The notes: generated from the sequence alone by a model not told the origin. Counted from the stretch's first letter, positions 37,797 through 47,960 are shown. The stretch is 64,000 bases of DNA from a virus (IMGVR_UViG_3300009008_000002), one strand, 5' to 3'. Numbers and translations are program-made.

Positions 37797-38674
37797 TCTA
37801 CACCCCCGAAGTTTTCATTTGAACAACAATCGTCACATTGAAATTGTCTTGTGAATTCCTGCCATGTTAATTCGGCCCGTTCACCACACTCACATTCCAC
37901 CACCCATATTGGGGCCTTACCTCTTTTGAAATGAGCCAATTTAATTACTGTCCATTTCCCGTATTTCCTGCCACTTAAATCAGTAATTCGCTTCAATGAT
38001 CTGCAATCTTGACATTGAATGCTGGAGCCAGCTAAAAGCAATGATGCGATAACTTTTGTTTCATTTCCACATTTACACCGACACAACCATCGCAATGGTT
38101 GCGTGTCTGCCACCTCTTCTATCGCCGTCCACTGTCCGTATTTTCGACCAGCAATCACTTTTGGTTGGCTTAGCAGTGCTTTTATTACTTGATGCCGACT
38201 ACAATTTAATTGCTCGCTAATCGCTCGTTGTGATAGACCTTCTCTTTTCAAACGATGCACTTTCAGCCACAATTCATTTGTTGGCGGCGACTGACTTGCC
38301 AAGGCTTGTCTTACTGTGTGCCGACTGCAATTTAATTGCTCGCCAATCGCAGTTTGCGATAAACCATCTCTCCTCAAACTGAGAATTTCTGCCCGTTGTT
38401 CCCTTTTTCTCCTTCGTTCTCTCTCGCCTTTTCTTTTGCTTCTTTTCTTCGCCTCTAGCTCTGGCTCTTCAATTCTAGGGCCAAATCTTACATCATTCGT
38501 CAATGGCGTATGACTGTAGAACGAATCATTCCGTGCCGTTTGCACAATCCAAATGTCGTCTTTCTTAAAACGAGTGACGGAACAAGGCATTACTGCCAAG
38601 CCATGTTTGGTGCGGTATTTAATCCAATACCACCCTTCGTCAGCAGGAACGGTTTTAGTCCACTTGACTTTCAT
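37793..38674 (-). CDS. Fusion protein: two HTH repeats plus two homing-endonuclease-type zinc modules
   Basis: GLSQTAIGEQLNCSR and GLSQRAISEQLNCSR; GRKYGxW..W.C.C.CG twice. Confidence 0.7.
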   Translation of the reverse strand: MKVKWTKTVPADEGWYWIKYRTKHGLAVMPCSVTRFKKDDIWIVQTARNDSFYSHTPLTNDVRFGPRIEEPELEAKKRSKRKGERERRRKREQRAEILSLRRDGLSQTAIGEQLNCSRHTVRQALASQSPPTNELWLKVHRLKREGLSQRAISEQLNCSRHQVIKALLSQPKVIAGRKYGQWTAIEEVADTQPLRWLCRCKCGNETKVIASLLLAGSSIQCQDCRSLKRITDLSGRKYGKWTVIKLAHFKRGKAPIWVVECECGERAELTWQEFTRQFQCDDCCSNENFGGVD

Positions 38675-39425
38675 TTCAAAGACCCTCTTCAAGACGTTCA
38701 ATTCCATCGTGAATGTCTCTTACTGCTTGCTGATAAGCAGCCCACATTAAATCAATGCGGTCCAAGCCATCCAATTCGTTTTCGAGTTTCTCTTCGACCC
38801 ACGCCTCAAATTCTTTGTAGCTTTTCACTTCTTCTCTCGAATAATTATTTTTGAGGAACTGAATTGCAGGTAGACCGCAATGACTACCACCGCACCGAAA
38901 GTGACCAACGCTCGTTGCCACGACGGCCATTCATAGCCGAACAGAGCCAGTGCATGACCTTGAAACACCCAGAACCCAAGACCACTCAGGCAAAGGACGA
39001 TTCCGTTCATCAACGCTTTAATTATGAACATCGAATGCTCCAAATGAATGACATTTGCCATGCCGGATCAGCACCAAAATCGTAGTGATACAGCTTGTAG
39101 AGCCATGCTTTCCACCACGAATCAAAAGTGGCAATTGTCACGTTGTCTTCGGATGGCAGAACCGGCTTGCCATTTCTATGCCACCCGTAATTTTGAACGA
39201 TTGACCACTTCATCACTTCCCCTCTGATCACTTCCCCTCTGTCCAAACCATGACGCCTCCAAACACGCAAAACACTCCCCAGAACAGCGCCACAACGCAT
39301 TCGATCATTACACAGACCAGCCGTTGCCAGAACGTCTCTGGACCGAACACCCACCATACGAACCACAGACCTGCGCACCACAAGATGAACAGGATAAGGG
39401 TTGCAATACTTTTAAGGAAAACCAT

Positions 39426-39704
39426 TTAATTCTCCTTCAAGTGTTCTTCGGGACACCAAGCGTGTTTATTGCTTGCCAGAAATTGTTTCCACGCAGATTG
39501 ATAGGTGACGCTATGACACACAACCACGTCTTCATACGAAACCTTTTTCATGCGTCCACACTGATCAACTGGACCCCTCGTAATTTCCACCAGAAGGTAA
39601 AGATAATCCTGGGGCGGTTGCACCAACGCACGAACATTACCTTCGCAACCAATGCACTCGCCTAACATCAAGACTTTTTCGCCATTCAGATCAGTCTGAA
39701 GCAT
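39426..39704 (-). CDS. Hypothetical protein
   Basis: ORF in the gene chain. Confidence 0.6.
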   Translation of the reverse strand: MLQTDLNGEKVLMLGECIGCEGNVRALVQPPQDYLYLLVEITRGPVDQCGRMKKVSYEDVVVCHSVTYQSAWKQFLASNKHAWCPEEHLKEN

Positions 39705-40149
39705 TCTGAAGTTCCTCTCGAATACGCATTAAACGACCACAAAACTCGGACGTTGTAAGAACCGTCTCTCTGACCTTCCTACGCCCAATTTTATGTGTCA
39801 AATTCGCATCCCCAGAATCCAATAAAGCCTTGCGGGCCTTGGCGTTATTCTTAAACAGCGCCTCAAAAGCCTCATCTAGCAATTGTTGGTATTCGTCTGA
39901 CTCACGGGCAATCGGTTGGCCTTGCCACCATAGAGTCTGCGTGCGTTGCCAGTTTTTCCCCTTCCCTCTATTTTTTGCAGCCCTACCAGCCAGTTTGAAC
40001 ACTTCCTGTTGCATGTCAGCCGACTTAAATTTTAAGCCTTGGACAAAACCTTCCATTGAAGTGACGGGGATTCCCCTCACTTCAAAGGGGCGCGGGCAGA
40101 AATTAGAAAGTGCCCCAGCAGGATACGGTTTTCCTGATTTAATGTCCAT
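39691..40149 (-). CDS. NADAR (YbiA-like, T4 gp30.3-like) protein
   Basis: ALSNF...SMEGFVQGLKF...ALLDSG..LTH...ETVLT. Confidence 0.75.
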   Translation of the reverse strand: MDIKSGKPYPAGALSNFCPRPFEVRGIPVTSMEGFVQGLKFKSADMQQEVFKLAGRAAKNRGKGKNWQRTQTLWWQGQPIARESDEYQQLLDEAFEALFKNNAKARKALLDSGDANLTHKIGRRKVRETVLTTSEFCGRLMRIREELQNASD

Positions 40150-40442
40150 CGTAATTTATTTTTTCCCCATCACCAACCGTCAACTCATTGAAAGGTGTAG
40201 GCACAAAAATAAATGTGCCATTTTCCCAACACGGGTGTTTCGCTTTCAGGTGAGCTACAATTTTTTCTCGGTCATGCCCCGTTTCCATTTCGACATAACC
40301 CAAGGGTTTGAAAGCGTGACTTGAACCCACTTTCACAACAATTACTTCACGGGTAAAGTGAGCCTCTACAGCCCGACACTCTGCGCAATTCTCGCTACCG
40401 CTACCCCACTCCCGCATGTGAGCATCACAACCGTATTCCATT

Positions 40443-41048
40443 TTACCACACCTTCCAGAATGGTTTGTCTGAAGGGTCTTTCCACTCTTTGACTTCGTGT
40501 TCTTCCTCAGTGCAAGCTACGTGTGCGCCGTCATGCCCTTCCTCACGGCTACACTCAAAACCATCAACCGATTCAGCACCACAAACCTTGTCAGCCTTGA
40601 CTTTGCCGCAATAGTCGCACAAGCCATCGTCAGGACCAACGATGCCTTCATACACGCCACCAGCCGCACCCTTCAAACCCTCTGTCATCCAACGTGCAGC
40701 CATTCGAGCGCGATATTTCTTCTCGTATTTCGCCACCATGTCGTCATCAGTATTAAATTCACCATCAGGTCCAGCCGACCGGGCAGTGTAAGTAACAATC
40801 TCTGACGTGACTTTGATCTCGCCTCGTAAATTCTTGTCCCACCCATCCTGCCGATTTAATTCTTCAACAGAACCCTCTTCCGGGTTCTCGTTGCTCTTGA
40901 CTTCCTCAAGAGCCTTCTCCAACTGCGACGTGGTTTTGGTGAACGGAGCCTCTGCCCAAAATAAATATGCAATCCCTACAACAACAACAATGACACCAAA
41001 AGCACAGAACATTGTGAAAAGTTTCGCATCTCGCACATCGCTACTCAT
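40443..41048 (-). CDS. Membrane-anchored protein with a GspG/pseudopilin-like segment
   Basis: TM helix, then DGW...SAGPDGEFNTDDD (T2SS G signature). Confidence 0.6.
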   Translation of the reverse strand: MSSDVRDAKLFTMFCAFGVIVVVVGIAYLFWAEAPFTKTTSQLEKALEEVKSNENPEEGSVEELNRQDGWDKNLRGEIKVTSEIVTYTARSAGPDGEFNTDDDMVAKYEKKYRARMAARWMTEGLKGAAGGVYEGIVGPDDGLCDYCGKVKADKVCGAESVDGFECSREEGHDGAHVACTEEEHEVKEWKDPSDKPFWKVW

Positions 41049-41719
41049 TTTTCCGCTTCCTTCTTCTGAAAACCTGTGCCTTGACAAGTTTTACAAGTTT
41101 CATAATCAGGACCGTGATCCACAACAACTTCTACCGCTACATAATTTCCTTCTTCCACCCTTTCACTCTCAGTAGGAACGAAAGAATCTTCACCGAAAAT
41201 GTGTATGCGGTATTTTCCATCCAACCGTTGAATTATAATATCGCCATATTTGTGATGATCTGGCCACGGTTGACTGCCAGCAAAATGACGAATCTGTTGA
41301 TTTTCTTCAAGCCACACCGACCCATCGGCTAATACCTCAACATTATGGTAACTAGCCCACGCATATTCCCCTTCCCGCAAGTCTTTGAACGTAGGTCGCA
41401 GACGTTGACGCGGAATGACAGTTGTGATTCGTGGTTGTTCACTCATGTTGCTCTCGCCAATCTTCCCCCAGCCAAACCTCTTCCACATAGCCACGGGGAT
41501 TTAATATAACCGCATTCCACTCCCCAGGATAGACCTCATGCGATCCCAAGTGAACAAAAACCCGTTCGTCCTCGAACACCAGAACGTCCATGCCGTTCTC
41601 TTGTTCAACACTGACCAACACACCCTCTACGCCCCAATTTTGAGGTTCGTATTCTATTTCCACTGTTGGGGAACACCCCAAGGCTAGGACAAAATACATA
41701 AAGCAGACGGCAACGTAAT

Positions 41720-41914
41720 TCATGCTTCCCACCACTCTCGCAAAAGGTCACGATTTAATTCGAGGTATTTCTTATCTCCACTGAAAACCTCCAATGTTAT
41801 TGTCCCATCGTAGCCAAGTGATTTCAATTGCTGAATACGACCGGGCCAATTCCAATCCCACTTTGTAACCCCTAGCGGCAAGTGTTGGTCCGATGAACCA
41901 TCGTTCTCACACAC
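41720..41914 (-). pseudogene. C-terminal fragment of a sugar-phosphate isomerase/AP endonuclease 2 TIM barrel
   Basis: DQHLPLG...LKSLGYDGTITLEVFS; N-terminal ~200 aa absent. Confidence 0.6.
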
Positions 41915-41954
41915 AATAAAATTATGACGCCAGATTTCCAGTCGATTTCGATCA

Positions 41955-42437
41955 TCAGTCTATCTCGTCATAAAATTGGCCAACATCAATCATGTTCAAC
42001 GAATGAGCGGCTTCAACCAAATCCATCGTGCCACCCTCAATCACGTCTACCCATGACCCGTTAATTCGAGGCGCGTAAGTGCGAACAAATAAATATCCCT
42101 CTTGCTCCATCGCCCACACCGGGACATTCAAATTATTCCACTCTGGGGCCGTGCCAGTTTCCCACAACCGAATCTCCATCTGATTGCGGTGTTTCCAGCC
42201 ACCATTGGGGTCTTCCCCATTTCGATACCAACCCGGTTTATGGAAGCCCTTTGGAAGCCCTAACGCAACAGGATTCCCCAAACCCATGTGCGTTCCCAAA
42301 ACATGTCCAACACATTGACAAGCGCCATCGTTAATGTCGTCTGCCAACTTAAATGAACCACATTCAATGTCCATGCCAGCTACGCAACCAGGACATTGAA
42401 ACTTCTCGACCAACTCTTTAATTTTTGCTTCGTCCAT
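41955..42437 (-). CDS. Hypothetical protein
   Basis: 160-aa ORF. Confidence 0.75.
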   Translation of the reverse strand: MDEAKIKELVEKFQCPGCVAGMDIECGSFKLADDINDGACQCVGHVLGTHMGLGNPVALGLPKGFHKPGWYRNGEDPNGGWKHRNQMEIRLWETGTAPEWNNLNVPVWAMEQEGYLFVRTYAPRINGSWVDVIEGGTMDLVEAAHSLNMIDVGQFYDEID

Positions 42438-42831
42438 GTTTCCCTCTCAGTGGTATGAGCCAGTGCCGACCACGCGGTTGCTTAGGATCGTCCGGTAGCC
42501 GTTGGCACTTTGTCCCAAAAAACTCGAAAATTATTTCCTCGCCTTCCGCCTCAATACTTTGCAACAATTGCGATTGAGTTAAATCGGGGCGCAGAGTACA
42601 CATAGGCAGAATCGTGATATGGATTCCTACAATGGTTCCCTTATCACTTTCAAAATCTTTGGTTGTAGCGAGAAGTTGCATCCCTTTCTCGCTATTTAGA
42701 AAGCCAACCGTATCGTCACCGGGTCTGGCCATGAGCAAGTTGGAAGGTAGTTTGTCCCAACCGTGAGGGGCATCGCAATAAGACGAAACGAAACGATTGC
42801 TGTTAGCTACCACGTTCAAGTCTCCCTGCAT
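42418..42831 (-). CDS. Hypothetical protein
   Basis: ORF in the gene chain. Confidence 0.65.
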   Translation of the reverse strand: MQGDLNVVANSNRFVSSYCDAPHGWDKLPSNLLMARPGDDTVGFLNSEKGMQLLATTKDFESDKGTIVGIHITILPMCTLRPDLTQSQLLQSIEAEGEEIIFEFFGTKCQRLPDDPKQPRGRHWLIPLRGKHGRSKN

Positions 42832-43283
42832 CTTGCATGATTTTATTAACTTCCTCTGGCAATCCTTCCGGCGCAGGCCAACAGTAGTTGGGGTTTTTCT
42901 GTAGTCGCAACCACATCACCAGCGCAGTACCAGCCACTTCTCTGCCGAACTTCTGACAACAGGAGAAATAACCTTCGCAACCGTCATCTTCGATCATCTT
43001 GGCGGCTTGGTGAAATCGCTCTGCGTCATCCAACCTCATCAACACGTCGGGGAACGCCATCTTCTTTTTCCTCCCATCGACCCTCGAATGGATTTTCAAC
43101 AAAAAACCATGCGTAAAGAATGGAAAGGCCGGTCCATTTAGGATAAAAACGAGCCACAACTGGATCAGAACCTTCTGCGCCACACTTGGGACACACTTCT
43201 ATTGCTGTGAAGTCGAAATGCTCACAATTTTTACACTTGTAGGCACGTCTCCAATCAGGCTCTTTCATGTGTGTCTCCCAATT

Positions 43284-43472
43284 AAAAAAAAGACTGAGGG
43301 TTCTCCCGTGCATTCAGGAGAACCCCCAATGAACCATAGCCTCTGCAATCAGCTACAGTTCCCTTTGACCGCACAAAGCGACAGGTCTTGCCGCGACTTA
43401 TCCCGCGTGCGTCACCCCACTAAGCCAATGGGCACTTGTGAAGCATTAGGACGGGCCGAAGTCAAAGGTTCG
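43284..43472 (-). ncRNA. Candidate structured RNA or 3' UTR ending in an intrinsic terminator
   Basis: CCTTTGAC/GTCAAAGG closing helix; internal hairpins; GGGTTCTCC/GGAGAACCC stem plus U8. Confidence 0.5.
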
Positions 43473-43475
43473 TCT

Positions 43476-44087
43476 TTATTCGTTCTCGTAAGTCGCATCG
43501 TAAAATGCACGGGCGACTCGGTAGGTGTCAACATTGTCGTTCTGCTTTTGCAGCACCATATCCCCAGCAACACCGTAATGGAGATATAATTTAACGTGTT
43601 CTCCCGGCTTCAAGCCGCACGCTTCCGGGTCCACTCCAGCTTCCGCCAGAATCGACATGGGAACCAAACGCTCATCACCCCACCACGGGTTGATAATGCT
43701 GAATCCACCTTCCGAGCCAAGAGCGTGATTGCCTGACATGACTTCGTAGGCATTCATCAAGGCATCATCGCCCTCTTTCGGTTCGTAGGTAGTCCAACCG
43801 TCTTTATCCACTTCGGTCGGGGTATATTTTTCGTGCAACTTTTTGTGCGTCTGTTGCCACACGTCATTGTTGCAACCCCAACAAATAAATGCATTCCGTC
43901 TCAACGATTCCTGGCCTTCCAACGTGGCCAGCAACAGTTTTTCCCAAACGGAAAACTCGCCATCGTCTTTGTCGAGAATCGTATTGATTGGTCGCGCCTT
44001 AATCGGCTTGACCTTTCTTCCCACACCAAAGGGGAAGTTTTGCGCATTGAGAAGGGGGTGAAACTGGAGAACTTCCTCCAGGGCCAA
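43476..44087 (-). CDS. Hypothetical protein
   Basis: 203-aa ORF. Confidence 0.7.
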   Translation of the reverse strand: MALEEVLQFHPLLNAQNFPFGVGRKVKPIKARPINTILDKDDGEFSVWEKLLLATLEGQESLRRNAFICWGCNNDVWQQTHKKLHEKYTPTEVDKDGWTTYEPKEGDDALMNAYEVMSGNHALGSEGGFSIINPWWGDERLVPMSILAEAGVDPEACGLKPGEHVKLYLHYGVAGDMVLQKQNDNVDTYRVARAFYDATYENE

Positions 44088-44424
44088 ATCCTTCCTGGAT
44101 AATCAATATGATCCTGATCAGCCCGATAAGCACGACTCGCTTCTCGACTTATTGACTCTGCGTTTCGCCTTGCTTGTCTCAACTGACGCCTCAAAGACTC
44201 CAATTTTGGTCCGTCTAGGAGAACTTCCACTTCCTCTGAAAGCGCCTCTATGGTGTCTTCATCAGCAAAGCTACAAACTTTCTGCCCTACCCAATCGACA
44301 AGAGCATTCTCTTCGGTTTCGTCCCATTCCGCAATTAAATTGACGTGGATTTTCACCCATATCTGTGAAGTTGTATGGGTGTAGCGGAATTTAACTCCAA
44401 GGGCGAGTTTGTTAAATGGGGCTT

Positions 44425-44817
44425 TCATGCTACTTCCTCTGTGTATTTAATGTTGGCAATCGTGATGTGATAGCGGTCAAAACCAGGACGATATGGTTCC
44501 AAACCCAATTCCTTCCTGATTTCTCCAATTTCCTCACTCCACGCATCCAGGTAAAAGTAAGGGAACCGAAATTGCACCAATCCATCATACCGGAAGGTGA
44601 TTTCTCGCCCCTCATACTTACCCCACGGCTCTCTGTTCTCTACAATTTCAATGGGGTGTGATCTGACAACCGTTATGTGCGGCGGATACATTTGCCGCAT
44701 GGGATACTTGGCCTTGGGAATCAAACTGAAATAATAGCGCGCAATCTGGTCGTCAATCCAGGCGACGACTCTCGACCGGATACTGTATTCCAGTATTGCC
44801 TTTCCCTCGTATCTCAT
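44425..44817 (-). CDS. 2H phosphoesterase family protein
   Basis: Two HxT motifs: PHITV and YHITI. Confidence 0.75.
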   Translation of the reverse strand: MRYEGKAILEYSIRSRVVAWIDDQIARYYFSLIPKAKYPMRQMYPPHITVVRSHPIEIVENREPWGKYEGREITFRYDGLVQFRFPYFYLDAWSEEIGEIRKELGLEPYRPGFDRYHITIANIKYTEEVA

Positions 44818-44849
44818 TGCAACCCTTGACTATACCATATAAGCTAATG

Positions 44850-45482
44850 CTATGCCGAAGTATTGCATTTGAAGATAAACTCCGCTACTTCAATGTCACG
44901 TTTTGAGTCAATATCCACGACTTCTTCCGAGTTCATTATGTATGCTACAATTTTAGTGCCCGTCATCGAACCCCCCCAAATGGTGGTGGGCTTCGTAACG
45001 TCAATTACACAGTTGTAGTAATAAACATCCGGTAAGTCTTGCCTCCTAAATACATGAGGCGCAGGATGCTCATGTTTCATCAAAGGGACAAGATAATCCC
45101 CCTCCACTCGGAACATTCTGTAAGGATGCTGATAAGGCGCAGAAACAGACTTCACTGAATCCGCTTCAGGATTATCAATTAAAAGTTGTATCGCCTCATC
45201 TATCCACCCCAATTTTCTGTAAGGTGCCGTAGGTCGTAAATGAACAACTATGTCCGGTTTGTAATACTCGAACTTCTCCAACCAATGTAAAGCATGTTCA
45301 AATACTGGTAAATCTAATGTCTCGTCCTGAGCTAACTCTTTCGGCCTCAAAAATGGGACTTCCGCCCCATTTTTTTGAGCAGTATCCATGATTTCAATAT
45401 CATCTGTTGAAACAACAATCCTGTTTATTAAATCAGACTCCTGAGCATGTTGAATAGCTGGTATGAGTGCGAGTATATTCAT
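44850..45482 (-). CDS. Acylneuraminate cytidylyltransferase (NeuA)-like protein with an N-terminal internal deletion
   Basis: ILALIPA..VVSTDD..GAEVPFLRP.ELA.D..LRPTAP..RRQDLP..DID; RGGSK/KN loop missing. Confidence 0.8.
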   Translation of the reverse strand: MNILALIPAIQHAQESDLINRIVVSTDDIEIMDTAQKNGAEVPFLRPKELAQDETLDLPVFEHALHWLEKFEYYKPDIVVHLRPTAPYRKLGWIDEAIQLLIDNPEADSVKSVSAPYQHPYRMFRVEGDYLVPLMKHEHPAPHVFRRQDLPDVYYYNCVIDVTKPTTIWGGSMTGTKIVAYIMNSEEVVDIDSKRDIEVAEFIFKCNTSA

Positions 45483-45485
45483 ACC

Positions 45486-46058
45486 CTATATAAGAATGTC
45501 AGTCAGCAATCTCCCATACGCATCCCTCTCGCATTGGGACCACAAAGGACTACCATCATATAATTTGACAATTTGCCAAAGCCTGTAATGACTGCCCATC
45601 CTACGATTATAACCCTGTATTCGTGCCTTGGTGGGGGCCTTGAGGCATAAATGCAACTGGTGATTAGTTAATTTGTAATAATGCCTTAATACCCGAATTA
45701 AATCCCGCCTCAAAAACTCAGACCGAATATAATACTTGGGCCGCACACCAAATGACAAATGCTTCTCTAGCTCCCGCTCTCCATCCAATTGCTCCAGTAT
45801 CCAACGAACACCCTTGTCTCGCCACTTCTTGCCATATTTCTTGTGGTGCATCAACCAGCTAATTTCACGCCTCGGTAATTGACGAATAGGGAGAACTAAA
45901 TCTCGACCTTGGGGGTCTACTGGCCAATGCTTAGAAGGCTTGTTGACACCTATCAACTGCTGAATATCAGGTAAATTGAGGCGGGCTACAATTAATTTAA
46001 TTGCGTCACCACCAGTTTTACCAATGTGAGGTATTACAAAACGAGAAGTCTTGATCAT
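45486..46058 (-). CDS. Sulfotransferase-like protein
   Basis: FVIPHIGKTGG resembles the 5'-PAPS-binding HIPKTGG motif. Confidence 0.5.
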   Translation of the reverse strand: MIKTSRFVIPHIGKTGGDAIKLIVARLNLPDIQQLIGVNKPSKHWPVDPQGRDLVLPIRQLPRREISWLMHHKKYGKKWRDKGVRWILEQLDGERELEKHLSFGVRPKYYIRSEFLRRDLIRVLRHYYKLTNHQLHLCLKAPTKARIQGYNRRMGSHYRLWQIVKLYDGSPLWSQCERDAYGRLLTDILI

Positions 46059-46065
46059 GCCCTAT

Positions 46066-46539
46066 TTAGCCGTAACGCATGTCGTTTCCACACTCACACT
46101 TGGGGGGATTGTCGAAATCTAAATAATCACAAGTCGAAGATGGGTAGCCACACGTTTCGCAAACTACTAAATACTTCCCATCTTCCAAAGTGGCGATAGT
46201 CTTCGGATATTGAACAACTAACTCACGAAAGTGTTCAATTCTCTCTGGCGTGAAGTATTCGTCAAATTTTCCTTCGCCCCGATTAAATCGATCAACAATG
46301 TCTTGGTATGTTTTTAACCCCCGCTGAAGTTCCTCAATTTTAAATTCTCGAATCGCTACCGCAGCAACTTCAAGAGATTCATAGGCAGCATTGCCCGAAT
46401 ACCAGTGACAACCACCACTCGGCATAAGAGCGATTTCCTCACCATATATCAACAACTGACGCCATGTGGCCTCTTCAGCCTCGGCTTGTTTCACTATCTC
46501 AGCACACTCACTGCGAGTTAATTTTAGAGGCGCATTCAT
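46066..46539 (-). CDS. Hypothetical protein
   Basis: ORF coupled to the upstream gene. Confidence 0.65.
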   Translation of the reverse strand: MNAPLKLTRSECAEIVKQAEAEEATWRQLLIYGEEIALMPSGGCHWYSGNAAYESLEVAAVAIREFKIEELQRGLKTYQDIVDRFNRGEGKFDEYFTPERIEHFRELVVQYPKTIATLEDGKYLVVCETCGYPSSTCDYLDFDNPPKCECGNDMRYG

Positions 46540-47399
46540 TCCCAACTCCCCCATAATTCGTCGTAATCAATGTCAACGAGAATTAAATCAGAACCAAATG
46601 AGTCTTCTCTTTTCTCAGTTGTCCACCCGCTCTCCATTTTAACTGTCTTGCCGGGCATCCATATTCCTATTTCTGGATGTAGATAGCAACAAGCAGCCGT
46701 TGGGTCATGGAATTTCTTTCCACCATGACGGGCCAAATAGAGTCTTGCGCCCTCACAGAATAGCTCAGCAGCACGATTCGGTGGTGCTATAAACTCACGG
46801 AACCTGTCACCATTAAATTCCACTGTATGACAGATATTTTTGCCCACCATAAATCTGTGGTAGCGATTCTTGAACTCATGTCCCAAAAAATGCATCGCAC
46901 CCTTACGATTACCATTCAAATTAAATGTTTGAACGAATTCCTTACCCTCGAATTTGTCAAGAGGTTTTTTGGGGCGATATAAACTGTAGGGACAGAAACC
47001 GCCCTGCATGACTGGTCTACCGAATTTAGCTTCTGGGTTGTCTCTGAGGTAGGCACCGATACTGGTCAGAGGACCAATGATAAATAAATCATTGCCTTCA
47101 AATTCACCAACATGCTCTCGCCCCAAACCATCTGGTTCTGCCTCTAGTGGCCTGCCATACCCTTTGAGTAGTTCGTGATGAATCGAACCAGAAGAATTCT
47201 TGGTTCTGTTAGCTTTGCCAGCATAGATGGGAATATTTAATCCCACTTCATCGCAAATCAGACGTGCTATCGCTATCTGATCTGGGTCGCCCGGTGTGAT
47301 AAACAAAGCACGAACGTCCACACCTGCTGCTATTAAATATAAAATAGCAAAATAGTCGTCTGGGTCGTGTCCAAGGTCAGTCTCAATTACCAGTCCCAT
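46536..47399 (-). CDS. Nucleoside hydrolase (IU-NH family)
   Basis: ETDLGHDPDD N-terminal Asp motif; GPLT; MQGG; FN; HDP. Confidence 0.8.
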   Translation of the reverse strand: MGLVIETDLGHDPDDYFAILYLIAAGVDVRALFITPGDPDQIAIARLICDEVGLNIPIYAGKANRTKNSSGSIHHELLKGYGRPLEAEPDGLGREHVGEFEGNDLFIIGPLTSIGAYLRDNPEAKFGRPVMQGGFCPYSLYRPKKPLDKFEGKEFVQTFNLNGNRKGAMHFLGHEFKNRYHRFMVGKNICHTVEFNGDRFREFIAPPNRAAELFCEGARLYLARHGGKKFHDPTAACCYLHPEIGIWMPGKTVKMESGWTTEKREDSFGSDLILVDIDYDELWGSWE

Positions 47400-47594
47400 C
47401 CCGATTCCCTATTAAATAAATTGAATCTAGCTGTCCGCAATCTCCAACCCATACCCACCCTGGAAAATGTCCGTCTAACCGTATCGGAGCATAAGGCCCG
47501 ATCTACCAAGCCAAATCCCACGCAGAGCGGTTGATCTCTACGCTTTGTTCCCAGGTCGCGGAACGAAACCATCAACTAGATTCACTCAACCTCT

Positions 47595-47960
47595 CTACTT
47601 GCCCATTCCAGCACGGTCGGCGGCGGTGAGCAGCGCTCGCAGCCTCGCATCACTCAACGTTTTTACAATCCAGTTAGCCCTTGCCTTCCTTTGCTCCAAT
47701 GAACCATGTCTCGCACAACAATGGCAAGCATGGGAACTATGGGGCATAACACACGGACAACGGGGATTACATGGTTCGTCTGCCAAGGTGCATGGGCAAT
47801 CTGTAGGATTCCTTTTAAGAATCGCATCAAGATTTAATTCAAACTGCGCTAGGAATTCAACATTTGGATTCCCTTTAGCGTCGATACATGCAGTCTGCCA
47901 CCCTTCCAAGGCGGAAGTCAACGCTTCAACAGCAGCACGAATTAATTTGGGATTGTCCAC
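47595..47960 (-). CDS. Cys-rich hypothetical protein
   Basis: ORF in the gene chain. Confidence 0.65.
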   Translation of the reverse strand: MDNPKLIRAAVEALTSALEGWQTACIDAKGNPNVEFLAQFELNLDAILKRNPTDCPCTLADEPCNPRCPCVMPHSSHACHCCARHGSLEQRKARANWIVKTLSDARLRALLTAADRAGMGK

